Assembly (NCBI GenBank): GCA_035193785.1
Contig: CP136572.1
Location: 64,001-128,000 of the forward strand
Length of the DNA stretch: 64,000 nt
From: Planktothrix sp. GU0601_MAG3
GTDB taxonomy: Bacteria; Cyanobacteriota; Cyanobacteriia; Cyanobacteriales; Microcoleaceae
Direction of reading: 5' to 3'
In this document: piece after piece, positions 1 to 11,868 of the stretch
Layout: every line of letters begins with the position of its first letter
Position numbering within the stretch: the stretch's first letter is position 1
Position numbers and translations under genes: made by a program
The notes under the pieces: generated by a model
The model's input: only the letters and a program-made list of their open reading frames with translations
Told to the model about the DNA's origin: nothing
Databases searched by the model: none

Positions 1-2
1 CC

Positions 3-1535
3 CTTTCTCAAGATCCTTTAATTCAGGTTTATTTTAATCATTCGGAAGCCTCATTTTACATAGAGCCTTATCGGAATATATCTCGATTTGGAGATAATTT
101 AGAACAAATTATTATTGATAAAATTAATGAATCAACATCAACAATTGATCTGGCGGTTCAAGAATTTCGTTTACCGAATATTGCCCAAGCATTAGTTGAA
201 CGTCACCAAGCAGGGGTGCAGGTACGAGTTATTTTAGAAAATAATTATCGCCGTCCCTGGAGTCAATTTACACCGACAGAAATTCAGCAGTTACCTGAAC
301 AAGAAAAGGATCGATATCAAGAATTTATCTTACTCGCAGATTTGAACCAAGATGGAAAAGTTAGCCCAGAGGAAAGTCAACAACGGGATGCTTTAATTAT
401 CTTAGAAAAGGCTGGGATTCCGATTCTTGATGATACGGAAGATGGTTCAAAAGGTACGGGTTTAATGCACCATAAATTTATTGTAGTAGACAAAAAAACT
501 TTAATTGTTACTTCTGCTAACTTGACAACCAGTGATGTTCATGGAGATTTTAAGACCATAGAAAGTCTAGGAAATGCCAATAATTTATTAAAAATTGATA
601 GTTCAAAATTAGCAAAATTATTTTCTGAAGAATTTAACTTAATGTGGGGAGATGGAGTTGGTAAAACCAAGGATAGTCTATTTGGAATTAACAAACTATT
701 TCGCGGTGGGCATAATATTTTAGTTGGTAATACTTCGGTGAAAGTTCAGTTTTCTCCCACTTCTCAAAAACAACCTTGGCAAAATAGCACTAATGGTTTA
801 ATTAATCAAAAATTGCAACAAATCAATCAATCCTTTGATTTTGCTTTATTTGTATTTTCCGCCCAAGATATTGTTAATACTTTAGAAAAAAAACATCAAA
901 ATAACGTCTCAATTCGAGGATTAATTGATCCGAGTTTTGCCTATCGTTATTATAGTGAAGGTTTGGATATGATGGGAATTGCTTTAGTTAATAAGTGTGG
1001 TTATGAAGCAGAAAATAATCCCTGGAAACAACCTATTTTCACCCTAGGGATTCCTAATTTACCACTGGGCGATCGCCTACATCATAAATTTGGAATTATT
1101 GATGGTAAAATTGTAATCACAGGTTCCCATAATTGGACAGAAGCCGCCAATACCCAAAATGATGAGACTCTAATTGTAGTGGAAAATCCAATAGTTGCGT
1201 CTCATTTTCAGCGAGAATTTGAACGTTTATATCAAAATTCAGCCCTAGGTATTCCTAATTGGTTATTAACAAAAGTTGCAAAAGATTTAAAAGACTGTGG
1301 TAATTCTGTGGTTTCTAAAACTGCTTCTGTCAAGGAAAATCTAACTACTAAAATTAATCTTAATACCGCCACTCAACAGGAGTTAGAAACCTTACCCGGA
1401 GTCGGGGCAAAGTTAGCTCAAAATATCATAGCAGCTAGACAGAAAAAACCCTTTACTTCCTTAGAAGATTTAGATCAGATACCTGGTTTTGGGCCAAAAT
1501 TATTAGAGAAAATTAGCGATCGCGTTATTTGGTAA
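3..1535 (+). CDS. comA: Phospholipase D-family nuclease with C-terminal helix-hairpin-helix (cyanobacterial ComA-like competence protein), 5' truncated by window edge
   Basis: Frame is open from base 3 (LSQDPLIQVYFNH...). Two HKD motifs (HHKFIVVD, HHKFGIID) and a ComEA-type HhH (INLNTATQQELETLPGVG). Confidence 0.8.
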   Translation, partial: LSQDPLIQVYFNHSEASFYIEPYRNISRFGDNLEQIIIDKINESTSTIDLAVQEFRLPNIAQALVERHQAGVQVRVILENNYRRPWSQFTPTEIQQLPEQEKDRYQEFILLADLNQDGKVSPEESQQRDALIILEKAGIPILDDTEDGSKGTGLMHHKFIVVDKKTLIVTSANLTTSDVHGDFKTIESLGNANNLLKIDSSKLAKLFSEEFNLMWGDGVGKTKDSLFGINKLFRGGHNILVGNTSVKVQFSPTSQKQPWQNSTNGLINQKLQQINQSFDFALFVFSAQDIVNTLEKKHQNNVSIRGLIDPSFAYRYYSEGLDMMGIALVNKCGYEAENNPWKQPIFTLGIPNLPLGDRLHHKFGIIDGKIVITGSHNWTEAANTQNDETLIVVENPIVASHFQREFERLYQNSALGIPNWLLTKVAKDLKDCGNSVVSKTASVKENLTTKINLNTATQQELETLPGVGAKLAQNIIAARQKKPFTSLEDLDQIPGFGPKLLEKISDRVIW

Positions 1536-1614
1536 ACTAAAATAGGCAATAGTCAACAGTTATTACTAGGGGCGGATTTATCTGTGATTGGGGTGATTAA
1601 CCAAGATTTAATAA

Positions 1615-1634
1615 AGCCCTGAAGGGCTTACTAC
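1615..1634 (-). repeat. REP-like palindrome, GTAGTAAGCCCTTCAGGGCT class
   Basis: Reverse complement of the copy at 24036-24055; related doublet at 25600-25644. Confidence 0.75.
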
Positions 1635-1638
1635 TAAT

Positions 1639-2734
1639 ATGAATAAAATCGGTTTGCGAGGTCGTTTATTTTTATCCCATTTGTTAGTAATGTTAATTGG
1701 GGTAACATCCTTAGTGATTATTGGAAAAATATATTCTCCTAGGTTTTTTGTCAGTAATTTAGAACAATTAGAAGGCCCAGGCTTTCGGTTACAATATATT
1801 AGAACTCGTCTAGTCAAAGGCTTTGAAATAGCCTGGAACCGCAGCACCTTTTGGTCAGTTTTAGCCGGGACAACCGCCGCCGTAGGACTCAGTTATTGGT
1901 TAACTAAACGCATTACTAAACCCCTAACGGAAATGGAAGAAATCACCCAGAAATTTGCTTCCGGGGAATGGTCAGAAACGAATGTCTCCTAGTGATATTC
2001 CCGAATTAAATCAATTAGCCATAAGTTTCAATCAAATGGCGGCTAGTTTACAAAATGTGGAAAAAGGTAGACGGGAATTAATTGGTGATTTAACCCACGA
2101 ATTAAGAACTCCTTTAACTATTGTTAGAGGTTATTTAGAAGAAATAGCCGATGGAAATATTGCCCCGTCCCCAGAAATTTATCAACAATTAGCCAAAGAA
2201 ACAAAACGTTTGGAAAGGTTAGTGAATAACTTGCAGGAACTCTCGAAAGTCGAATCCGGTTATTTACCCATCCATCAAAAACCCGTTAATTTATATCCTT
2301 TATTAGTATCATTAGTACAACGGTTTTCCGATCAAATATTAGAAGATGGGCCGATTATTCAGTTAGAATCCTCGCCGGATTTACCCTTGGTTTTAGCCGA
2401 TTTAGATCGAACCGAACAAATTTTAGTTAACTTATTAGGAAATGCAATTTGTTATACAGAAACCGGAACAATTACTGTTAAAATAGGTTATGACTTAAAC
2501 TTTTTGTGGATTGGGGTTATTGATACCGGAATCGGCATTTCTCCCGAAGATTTACCCCATGTTTTTGAACGGTTTTGGCGAGCCGACCGTTCCCGTTCTC
2601 GACATTCAGGGGGAAGCGGAATTGGATTAGCAATTACCCGTCGTTTAGTGGAATTACAAGGCGGAAAAATTACGGTTTCTAGTAATTTAGGAAAAGGTAG
2701 TATTTTTAAATTTTCACTCCCCTTAGCCAAATAA
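1639..2734 (+). CDS. HAMP-domain sensor histidine kinase (apparent frameshift at ~1975)
   Basis: TM segments, HAMP, H-box (LTHELRTPL), N/G boxes. ORFs 1639-1992 and 1955-2734 join on removing one A from GAAAC. Confidence 0.9.
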
Positions 2735-2812
2735 ACCGTAAAATTTAGAGTTTAAACGGGTATATATTGATTTCTCCCCTTCCCCTTTCTTAATATCCCT
2801 GTTTTCGCTAAA

Positions 2813-4255
2813 GTGATTGAGATGATTTATCTGGAGCTAACTGTGAATCTAGTTACAGGATTTTTCTCACCGGACTCGATGTTCTCAAGCCTGGGATCAA
2901 AATTCTTACCAATTTTGGGTACAGCAACGGAAGCCTGTCCTCCCGTTGAAGCCGAATCAACCATGGTACTCCTGGGAGTTCTGCTCAGTTTAGTCGCTAT
3001 TTTTGTAGCCAGTAAAGCGGGGGGAGAGTTTGCCAACTGGTTAGGGTTTCCGCCCGTTCTGGGAGAACTCCTCGGAGGCGTCATTATTGGGGTTTCCGCC
3101 CTGAATTTGGTGGTTTTTCCAGAAGGGGGTATTGATAGCACTCAATCTGTAATTATCAGTATTCTGGAAAAAACCGCCGGGTTAAGTCCAGATGCCGCAG
3201 AAGCAACTTTTAAAAGTCAAAGCGAAGTTTTAGAGATTTTATCGGAACTGGGTGTGATTATTCTATTGTTTGAAATTGGCTTAGAATCCAATGTTGAACA
3301 ACTTCTTGCTGTCGGAATTCAAGCCTTTGTCGTCGCTTCTTTAGGGGTTGTGGTTCCTTTTGTAGCGGGAACGGCCGGATTAATCATTATTTTCCATGTT
3401 CCCGTAATTCCGGCGGTTTTCGCCGGGGCAGCATTGACCGCTACCAGTATCGGCATTACCTCTAGGGTGCTATCAGAAATTGGTTGTTTATCTACCCAAG
3501 AAGGTCAAATTATTTTGGGTGCGGCGGTAATTGATGATGTCTTAGGAATTCTGATTTTAGCCGTTGTTGCCAGTTTAGCTAAAACCGGTGAAATTGATGT
3601 GACTAATATCATCTATTTGATTATTAGTGCCACCGTTTTTATTGTGGGTGCAATTGTTTTAGGGAAGTTTTTTAATGGGACTTTTGTGGCTCTGGCTTCC
3701 CAATTTAAAACCCGGGGTCGGGTTGTAGTACCTGCGTTGATTTTAGCGTTACTTTTAGCCTATATTGGCGGTGCGATTCACTTAGAAGCAATTTTAGGGG
3801 CATTTGCAGCCGGATTAGTGTTAGATGAAACCGAACCGGGTAGAGAGTTAGAAGAACTAATTAAACCCATTGCCGATGTAATTGTCCCGGTATTTTTTGT
3901 GGCGGTGGGGGCAAAAACTAATTTAGGGGTTTTGAACCCAGCAATCCCAGAAAATCGGGAAGGGTTAATTATTGCTACCTTTTTGATTGTGGTGGCGATT
4001 GTGGGCAAAATTGCCGCGGGTTGGGGAGTATTTGGTTTGGATAATCCCAACCGTCTTGGCATTGGCGTCGGGATGATTCCCCGGGGAGAAGTGGGATTAG
4101 TATTCGCCGCCGTGGGTTCGGCCAGTGGTGCATTATCCCCCGCCTTGGATGTGGCAATTATTCTGATGGTCATTATCACGACCTTCTTAGCACCTCCTTT
4201 ACTGCGAATTGTGTTTAAAACCGACACTCCGCCACCATTATCCGAAACAACTTAA
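2813..4255 (+). CDS. CPA2-family Na+(K+)/H+ antiporter (NhaS3-like); true start may be ~2879
   Basis: Polytopic membrane protein with LLFEIGLES, TATSIGIT, AAVIDD and GMIPRGEVG motifs. Confidence 0.9.
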   Translation: MIEMIYLELTVNLVTGFFSPDSMFSSLGSKFLPILGTATEACPPVEAESTMVLLGVLLSLVAIFVASKAGGEFANWLGFPPVLGELLGGVIIGVSALNLVVFPEGGIDSTQSVIISILEKTAGLSPDAAEATFKSQSEVLEILSELGVIILLFEIGLESNVEQLLAVGIQAFVVASLGVVVPFVAGTAGLIIIFHVPVIPAVFAGAALTATSIGITSRVLSEIGCLSTQEGQIILGAAVIDDVLGILILAVVASLAKTGEIDVTNIIYLIISATVFIVGAIVLGKFFNGTFVALASQFKTRGRVVVPALILALLLAYIGGAIHLEAILGAFAAGLVLDETEPGRELEELIKPIADVIVPVFFVAVGAKTNLGVLNPAIPENREGLIIATFLIVVAIVGKIAAGWGVFGLDNPNRLGIGVGMIPRGEVGLVFAAVGSASGALSPALDVAIILMVIITTFLAPPLLRIVFKTDTPPPLSETT

Positions 4256-4449
4256 GGTAATTAAAGATGGTTTGATGGGTTGAAGTTGGGTGAGAAAACG
4301 AGGAAGCAGTGCGAGCGTCCTCGCTCCCTAGATATTAACTTTGTGGCGAATTCGACTTTTTAACCAAGACGAGCATGGCTCAATTTTGTTGAGATCCAGT
4401 GAATCCGGTGGTAAGTACAACCGTAGTCAAGAATTAAAGATTTGACCGC

Positions 4450-4612
4450 GTAGGGGCGGGTTCGAGTTCACCTTTGATACCCACAAACAATCTACAAAAA
4501 CCCGCACCGACCCCATCGGGCGGGGGGGGTTAAGAAGATTAATGGTGGGGTGGGGCGGGTTTTTCACGATTTGGTGTTGGGAGCAGAAATTATTATGGAA
4601 ACCCGCTCCTAC
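4450..4612. repeat. GTAG-type REP/REPIN cluster (GTAGGGGCGGGTT...AACCCGCTCCTAC)
   Basis: Two nested inverted pairs of GGGGCGGGTT/AACCCGC between convergent genes. Confidence 0.7.
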
Positions 4613-4647
4613 AATTGGGATAATTAGGAGGATAAATTCATCATTCC

Positions 4648-5805
4648 CTAATATATAAACGGAGTAATCTCCCCAGCTTTAACATTTAAAATTTGAGTAT
4701 GTTTTAACCATTGAGCATCAAAAGCCCCTAAATGAGTCGTTGTAATTAAAGTTTGAAATCGGTCTTGAATCGCATCTAATAGTTGATTTTGTCGGTTTAG
4801 ATCTAATTCTGCCAAAACATCATCTAAAAGCAGTAAAGGTGGCTCCCTCACGACTTCTTCAATTAGTTGTAATTCCGCTAATTTTAAGGCTAAAACTAAT
4901 GTTCGTTGTTGACCAGATGAGCCATAACTTCGGGCTGGAGTTTGATTAATACTAAAAATCACATCATCTCGATGGGGCCCAACTAAGGAAATTCCTTGCT
5001 GTTTTTCAGGAATTGCCCTGGTTCTAATTTTATCAAAAAAAGCCTGTTGAATTTTTTCCGGTGGAATAGTTGATAAACTGTGATTTGGTAAATCTAAATT
5101 AACATTAGGTTGATAAATTATATCCAATAATTCCGTATTTCCACTAATAGATTCATGCCAAACTTTAGCCAGGGGTACTAAACGTTCTAAAACGCGATCG
5201 CGACGACGGATAACCCGAGTTCCAGCTACGGCTAATTGAACATTCCAAAGTTCTAATTCTTCTTGTTTATCGTGAATTTCTGAGGTTTCTGGGTTTTGTT
5301 TAATCTGTTTTAATAGGGCATTTCTTTGGCGTAAAACTTGATTATATTGTTGTAAAATATAAGCATAAATTGGTTCTAACTGTACCAATAAACGGTCTAA
5401 CCAATGGCGTCGATATTCGGGACTACCCCGGACTAATTCTAAATCCAAACTAGAAAACTGCACTACATTTAATACACTCAAAAAATCTAAATGTCGGCGC
5501 AAGGATTCCCCATTTAAACAAACAGTTCTTCCCCCTTGAGAACGCAGGGTAATCCCTAAATCTAATGTCCCTAAATCCCGTTTTAAAGTAGCTGTAACCT
5601 GGGCGGTGGGTTGGGGATAAAAAATTAAATCCCGATCTCGACTCACCCGATGACTTTTGAGGGTAGAAAGTAACTCTACAGCTTCTAATAAATTAGATTT
5701 ACCCTGGGCATTATTTCCTAATAAAATTGTTTTGGGAGCTTCAAATATAACTTTTTGATCGGTATAGTTGCGAAACTGTCGTAGATGTAATAATTTCAAA
5801 TACAT
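4648..5805 (-). CDS. recF: DNA replication/repair protein RecF
   Basis: MYLK..L..FRNY start, [13 protein letters not shown]alker A, GSSGQQR and [11 protein letters not shown]. Confidence 0.97.
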   Translation of the reverse strand: MYLKLLHLRQFRNYTDQKVIFEAPKTILLGNNAQGKSNLLEAVELLSTLKSHRVSRDRDLIFYPQPTAQVTATLKRDLGTLDLGITLRSQGGRTVCLNGESLRRHLDFLSVLNVVQFSSLDLELVRGSPEYRRHWLDRLLVQLEPIYAYILQQYNQVLRQRNALLKQIKQNPETSEIHDKQEELELWNVQLAVAGTRVIRRRDRVLERLVPLAKVWHESISGNTELLDIIYQPNVNLDLPNHSLSTIPPEKIQQAFFDKIRTRAIPEKQQGISLVGPHRDDVIFSINQTPARSYGSSGQQRTLVLALKLAELQLIEEVVREPPLLLLDDVLAELDLNRQNQLLDAIQDRFQTLITTTHLGAFDAQWLKHTQILNVKAGEITPFIY

Positions 5806-5906
5806 GGGAATAGGCAATGGGTAATAAGTAATTGGTAAAAAAATTAGATACAGCTAAAATATGATTACTCTGATTATAAAAATTAAAAAATAAATTAACA
5901 TTACTC

Positions 5907-5944
5907 ATTACCCATTCGTAATTCGTAATTCGTAATTCGTAATT
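5907..5944. repeat. STRR heptamer array (CGTAATT)x4 next to ATTACCC units
   Basis: Direct reading; reverse complement of the AATTACG arrays at 54267 and 58693. Confidence 0.9.
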
Positions 5945-6138
5945 CCTTTACCATACCATCTCATGGCGTTTTCAGTTGTTACCCAAGCCTAATTCAGTGC
6001 TACGATGCCCTAAACTAGATAAATCGGTGAATTGGGGTTACATTGGAAGGGGGCAGGGATGAAAACCTGGATAAATCACTAATACAGACGTGCATAGCAG
6101 GAGCAACATCGCTTGTGCCCATAGCTCGTCTAACCCCC

Positions 6139-6171
6139 GATAACTGATTACTGATAACTGATTACTGATAA
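6139..6171. repeat. STRR heptamer array (GATAACT/GATTACT)
   Basis: Four to five tandem heptamers just upstream of the cyclase start. Confidence 0.8.
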
Positions 6172-6178
6172 GAGGACA

Positions 6179-7805
6179 GTGCCATATTTAATTTGTAATC
6201 CCGACACAACCGGTGCCATGACCTTTAACCTACAGTTCGGTGTGAATACCATCGGACGGGGACGGGATAGCACCATTTGTTTAGCGGATGTGAGTCTTTC
6301 TCGTCATCACGCTCGCATTGATGTCAGCGAAGGAAAAAACACGATTACCGATATGCAGAGTAGTAATCATACCTTTGTGAATGAGGTAATGGTTGAACAC
6401 GCGAATCTCAAATCTGGAGATTTAATTCGTTGTGGTCGTGTGGTGTTTAAATTTATGAATGTTTCCCTCACACCTTCTTTAAAATCGGAGGCTGAAAATT
6501 ATCAAACATCGGTTATTCAGGAATTTGCTACCGATAACAGTTATACCATTATTCAAGATTTATTAGGAACTTCCCAAGCCAGAAATTCCGTTTTAAATAT
6601 TCGACAACAAGATGCTAATTTAAGAATTGTTGACAAGTTAAAAATTTTATTAGAAGTTAGTAAAGAGTTATCTTCTCCTAATGAACTCAATAAACTTCTG
6701 GATAAAATTTTAGATTTATTATTTCAAATAATGAATCTGGATCGGGCAGCAATTTTGTTAGTTAATCCAAAAACCAATAATTTAGAAAATAAGGCGGTGA
6801 AATTTCGAGAAGAACCCCTGGCTGATGAACATTTTTATAGTAAAAAAATTACCAATATCGTCAGAGAAACGGGAAATGCCGTATTAATAGACAATGCTCA
6901 AGCTGATGAGCGATTTGAGGGGTCTGAGTCGATTCTCTGTCAAGCTATTCATGCCTCGATGTGTGCGCCCTTGAAGTTGCGGGATAGTGTAATTGGGGTT
7001 TTGTATGTCGATAATTTATCTTTATCTAATCTTTATTCTCCCGAAGATGTAGAATTTTTAGCAGCCTTAGCCAATCAAGCGGCGATCGCAATTGACAATG
7101 CTGAACTCTATAAAAAAATGCAGGAAGAAGCCGTAATTAGAAATAAATTAGAACGGTTTTTTCCGCCAGCCGTGAGTCGAAAACTGCGGGAAGAAGGAAA
7201 ATTTGATGCCATTGTAGAAAGTGAAGTAACGGCTCTATTTTCTGATATTACTCGATTTACAGAAATGTCTTCTCGAATGCAGCCCCGTCAAGTGATTTCC
7301 ATGTTAAATGAATATTTTAAACTGATGGTGGAGGAGATTGTTTTTCCCTTTGAAGGAAACCTTAGAAAAATACATTGGGGATGCGTTGGTTGCGGTTTGG
7401 GGTGCGCCCTATTCTCGCCATGATGATGTGGATCGGGCGGTGCGAGCAGCCATTGAAATGCAGTGGACGGTAGATCGGATGAATCAACGATGGAAACAGC
7501 GTTATGGAGAACCAATTTATATTCATATTGGACTGAATACCGGACAGGTGGCGGCGGGAAATATTGGGTCAGAAAAACTGATTCAATATACCCATATTGG
7601 GGATACCATGAATGTCGCCAGTCGCATTTGTTCAGCAGCTAATAAAAATGAAATTCTAATTTCTCAATCAACTTTTGATCAGTTAAAAGATCGGAGTTTG
7701 CCTTTAGAAAAAATACCTCCTGTTATTGTTAAAGGGAAAACCGAACCCCTGCAACTTTATCGTTTACATTGGCAAGAAGTTCAATCAACAGCCCTGTCTT
7801 TTTGA
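6179..7805 (+). CDS. FHA-GAF-class III adenylate/guanylate cyclase (CyaD-like architecture; apparent frameshift at ~7356)
   Basis: FHA (IGRG...SLSRHHA), GAF, cyclase motifs LFSDITRFT, EKYIGDA and GDTMNVASR. Confidence 0.9.
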
Positions 7806-7846
7806 ATCAAATAATTAAGAAACCCCTTCAGAAATTACTACGGTGG

Positions 7847-8905
7847 TTATAATCTGGCTCGTTTTAAGGCTTGCCAACTGGTATATCCTAATAATCCGGT
7901 TGCACCCATGGCATAGGCTAAACCACTCGGTATTCCTGAAAAGGCTAGGGCTAAACTTCCCACCCAAAGGGTGAGAGAATAGATAAATAATACCGTTCGG
8001 CGTTGGGATAAACCCGCTTCTAATAGTCGATGATGCAGGTGGCGTTTATCCGCAGCAAAGGGGGATTTGCCATGGCGAATTCGATCCAAAATCACCGCCG
8101 ACATATCCAAAATCGGAACTGCTAAAATTAAATAGGGGAGAATAACCGAGGTCACGGCTGTTACTTTGACTAAACCAATCACCCCAACCCCAGCTAGGGT
8201 AAATCCCATAAAATAAGCCCCCCCATCCCCCATAAAAATCTGGGCGGGATTAAAGTTATACCTTAAAAATCCCAGGGCACTTCCGGCTAAAGCCGCTGCA
8301 ATTAAGGCGGCGGCGGGTTGATTCATAAATAAACTGACAATCAACATCACCACGGCGGCAATGCCACAGACCCCCGCCGCCAGTCCGTCTAAACCATCAA
8401 TCCAGTTAATCGCATTGGTCATTCCCACTAACCAAATAACCGTAATGGGTAAACTCAACCATCCAATTTGAACTAGACCCAAATTCGGAATCGTTAAAAA
8501 GTCAATGCGGACACCTACCCACCAAACCAAACTGGCTACACCGGTTTGTAACAGGAGGCGAGTTAAAGGGGATAGGTTAAATAAATCATCCGCCAGACCA
8601 ATCAGAAAAAAAGCAATGCCCCCAAGGGTCACGCCCCAAATTTCATATTCATCCCGTGGGCTTAGGGGTTTTCCCGTGGCATCAATAAAGCCACCTAACC
8701 CCCAAACCAATAACAGAGCAATTAAGGCGCCAGCAAAGATGGAAACGCCACCTAAGCGCACCATCGGTTGTTGATGAACTTTTCGATCATTGGGTAAATC
8801 AACCCTTCCTGAATGGATGGCGATTTTTTTAACAATCGGGGTACTCCAGATCACAACTAGAGCGGAAATGATAAAAGCGATTAGGTGGTACAGATGGTGG
8901 GGCAT
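7847..8905 (-). CDS. WecA/MraY-family undecaprenyl-phosphate GlcNAc-1-phosphate transferase
   Basis: RLGG, GLADD, NAINWIDGLDGLA, IFMGDGG and HLHHRL motifs. Confidence 0.92.
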   Translation of the reverse strand: MPHHLYHLIAFIISALVVIWSTPIVKKIAIHSGRVDLPNDRKVHQQPMVRLGGVSIFAGALIALLLVWGLGGFIDATGKPLSPRDEYEIWGVTLGGIAFFLIGLADDLFNLSPLTRLLLQTGVASLVWWVGVRIDFLTIPNLGLVQIGWLSLPITVIWLVGMTNAINWIDGLDGLAAGVCGIAAVVMLIVSLFMNQPAAALIAAALAGSALGFLRYNFNPAQIFMGDGGAYFMGFTLAGVGVIGLVKVTAVTSVILPYLILAVPILDMSAVILDRIRHGKSPFAADKRHLHHRLLEAGLSQRRTVLFIYSLTLWVGSLALAFSGIPSGLAYAMGATGLLGYTSWQALKRARL

Positions 8906-9016
8906 CTGAGGTTACAGGTGCAATAGGTTCTTTGGCTGTCAGCCAGAGTTTACTACATTTAGGAGCCTTTCTGAAAAAAAGTTTTGGCCTAGGGTTGGGA
9001 TGCTGGGGATTTAATC

Positions 9017-9055
9017 TATAGCGAGATTGCCTATTCCCTATTGCCTCTTGCTATA
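9017..9055. mobile_element. 39-bp TATAGC...GCTATA miniature element with internal STRR heptamers
   Basis: Near-exact reverse complement of 56471-56515; related copy at 45753. Confidence 0.55.
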
Positions 9056-9062
9056 ACAACCA

Positions 9063-10882
9063 TCAACTATCAACCATCAATATTAGGCGATTGGCATCAA
9101 GGCACACATACCAAGGAAAGGGCTGATCTTTAATGGCGTCCCACTTTTCTTTAAAAACTTCTGCCTGTATATGGTAGTCCTGAAAGTTAGTCGGTGTGCA
9201 ATTGAATTTGAGAAACAAGGTCATACGGTGGGGAGTTTCGCTGGTGGAGGCTAACCAACAGGGATAAATATTATCGCCCACCTTACCAGAAAAATCGGAA
9301 TTTGTGGTGATTTTGATTTGGTGTGCGCGGATGCCAATATTAGTTAGGGAATTAGGAATCGCTTCTAGGACTTGTAAGGTCACCCCCCAATCAGTAGCAG
9401 TCACGGAATTAGCCCCCCGTATTACCGCCCGTGAGAAGTTTTTGCAGCCTGTAAGTTTTGCCACCCGCACGGTGTGGGGATGTTCAAAGATTTGATGCTT
9501 AGTCCCGGAGGCGATCGCCCGACCCCCAGACATAACCAGCAGGTTTCCCACACAGACGGTAGGCTTCCTCTAGGTTGTGGGTGACAAACAGGGTAATGCC
9601 CTGATAGGAACTAAGAGTGGCTAGGAGTTGTTGCTCCATTTGATTACGGAGATGGGTATCGAGGGCGGAGAAGGGCTCATCGAGCAAAAGCAATTCCGGC
9701 TCTATTGCTAAGGCCCTAGCTAGAGCTACCCGTTGTTGTTGTCCCCCGGAAATTTGGTGGGGGAAGCGATCGCCCAATCCCTGTAGTTTCACCAGGGCAA
9801 GCTGTTGAGTCACTTGTTGTTGGCGGAGGAGTTTAGGCAGGTGCTGTAGGCCAAAGGCAATATTTTGGGCCACGGTCAGGTGGGGAAACAGGGCATAGTT
9901 TTGAAACACCAAGCTGACCCGGCGTTGATCACAGGGTAGGTTAATCTGCCGATCAGCATCAAACAGCGTCCGTCCATTCAGGACAATCCGCCCCCTCGTC
10001 GGCGTTTCCACCCCCGCCAGACAGCGCAGGGTCATACTTTTCCCCGAACCTGAACCCCCAAGAATCCCCAAGGTTTCCTGCTGGGCAGTGAAGGCCACAT
10101 TCAGTTTGAAGTTAGCTAATTGTTTTTCAATATCAACAAGTAAACAGTTATTATCAGTTATCGGTGAATGGTTATCAGTTATCAGTTGCTTATTATTTGT
10201 AGCCTGACTGTTAACTGTTAACTGTCCCCTCCTTGCTGCGGTGAAATTGACCACCATGAGGCCGGAGAGGGAGATGGACATGATGGCAACCGTCCACAGC
10301 CAGGCTTCCCGGAAATCCCCAGCTTCCACGGCAAAGTAGATGGCCATGGGCATGGTTTGAGTTTGTCCGGGAATATTCCCAGCCAGCATCAGGGTGGCGC
10401 CAAATTCCCCCAAAGCCCTAGCGAAAGACAGGGTTATCCCCGCTACCAGTCCGGGAGTCGCTAAGGGTAAGAGAATTTGCAGCAAAACCCGGACTTCGGA
10501 GGCTCCCAGGGTGCGGGCGACTTGCAGCAAACTACTATCGATTTGCTCAAAGGCTCCCAAGGCGGTTTTGTACATCAAAGGAAATGAAACCACAGTGGCG
10601 GTAATGACGGCTGCATACCAAGTGAAGACGATCGAGAAGTTTCCCCAAGATAGGAATTGACCGAGAAAGCCGTTTTTCCCAAAGAGTAGTAATAGCAAAA
10701 ATCCCACCACGGTAGGCGGCAAAATCAAGGGGGCAATCAGCAGCCCCTCCATCAGAGATTTCCAGCGTCCTCGATAGCCCAACATTCCATAGGCTGCGGC
10801 GGTTTCCCAGAAAAAAAGTGGCGATCGTCGCTAGTCCCGCCGTTTTCAGGGAAATCCACAGGGGCGATAAATCGGTAGTCAT
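9063..10882 (-). CDS. modBC: Molybdate ABC transporter permease/ATPase fusion ModBC (apparent frameshifts at ~10802 and ~9543)
   Basis: PLILPPTVVGF and FARALGEFGAT (ModB); GGSGSGKS, ISGGQQQR and LLLDEPFS (ModC). Three ORFs join. Confidence 0.9.
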
Positions 10883-10899
10883 AAGCCTTTAGATCTGCC

Positions 10900-11703
10900 T
10901 TAGTTGGCAATGCCAAAACCGTATTTTTTGAACACATCTTGGGCGAGGTTACTGCTCAAAAACTGTATGTAAGCCTTGGCAGATTCCTGATTCCGGCTGG
11001 CTTTCATTACAGCGATCGGATAGATGATCGGGGAGTGTAAATCCTTTGCGGCGGTGGCGACTTGTTTCACCTGCTGAGAGATTTTGGCATCGGTGAGGTA
11101 GACAATTCCCGCATCGGCATTGCCACTTTCTACGGCACTTAAAACATTACGAACTGAGTTGCCATAGACAAATTTGGGGCGCAATTCTGCCAAAATTCCT
11201 AACTTAGTAAAAATTTCTTCAGCATATTTCCCCGCCGGAACACTTCGGGGTTCTCCCATGGCAATTTTTCCTACATTAGAGTCGGTTAACTGTTCAAAAC
11301 TGGTGATATTTAAGGCGGAATTATTCGGCACAATTAAAACCAAACTATTAGTTAAAAGTGGCCGCCGAGTATCGGTGAGAATCAAATCTTTGCTCTGGAG
11401 ATTATCCATCTGTTGAGTGGCGGCGGAAATAAAAACATCCACCGGTGCGCCCTGCTCAATTTGTTGTTGTAAAAGCCCAGAGGCGGCGAAATTATATTTT
11501 AATTTCACCCCAGAATTAGCGGACTTAAATAGGGGATTAATTTCTTCTATGGCATTTTGTAAACTAGCAGCAGCCGCCGTTAATAAGGTAGTAGCTTGGG
11601 AGGTTACGGCTGGGGGAGGATTGGCAGAAGGGGAACAGGCTCCTACAGCCAAAAATACGGCAACAAATAAGCCGATTAAAAAATATAAAATACGTTTAGG
11701 CAT
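10900..11703 (-). CDS. modA: Molybdate ABC transporter substrate-binding lipoprotein
   Basis: Lipobox-like VGAC; AAASL, FAASGLLQQQIEQGAPVDVFISA and VPAGKYA motifs. Confidence 0.95.
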   Translation of the reverse strand: MPKRILYFLIGLFVAVFLAVGACSPSANPPPAVTSQATTLLTAAAASLQNAIEEINPLFKSANSGVKLKYNFAASGLLQQQIEQGAPVDVFISAATQQMDNLQSKDLILTDTRRPLLTNSLVLIVPNNSALNITSFEQLTDSNVGKIAMGEPRSVPAGKYAEEIFTKLGILAELRPKFVYGNSVRNVLSAVESGNADAGIVYLTDAKISQQVKQVATAAKDLHSPIIYPIAVMKASRNQESAKAYIQFLSSNLAQDVFKKYGFGIAN

Positions 11704-11868
11704 GGCTATTAATTTTATTTATTTGTGAACAATAATTAAACATAAATGGCTTTTAATTTTGTTTAATTTGAATCATTTAATAGTTTAATTATTAATCAAA
11801 AAAAATAGGTGCAGGTTGGCTCTTAACTGACACCCCACACCTATCTTTATACCCTTAAAATTCCTGCA

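Noticed and set aside
2488..4227. Antisense ORFs overlapping the kinase and antiporter (and similar shadow ORFs elsewhere)
   Set aside because: They lie opposite well-supported genes and show no recognisable motifs.
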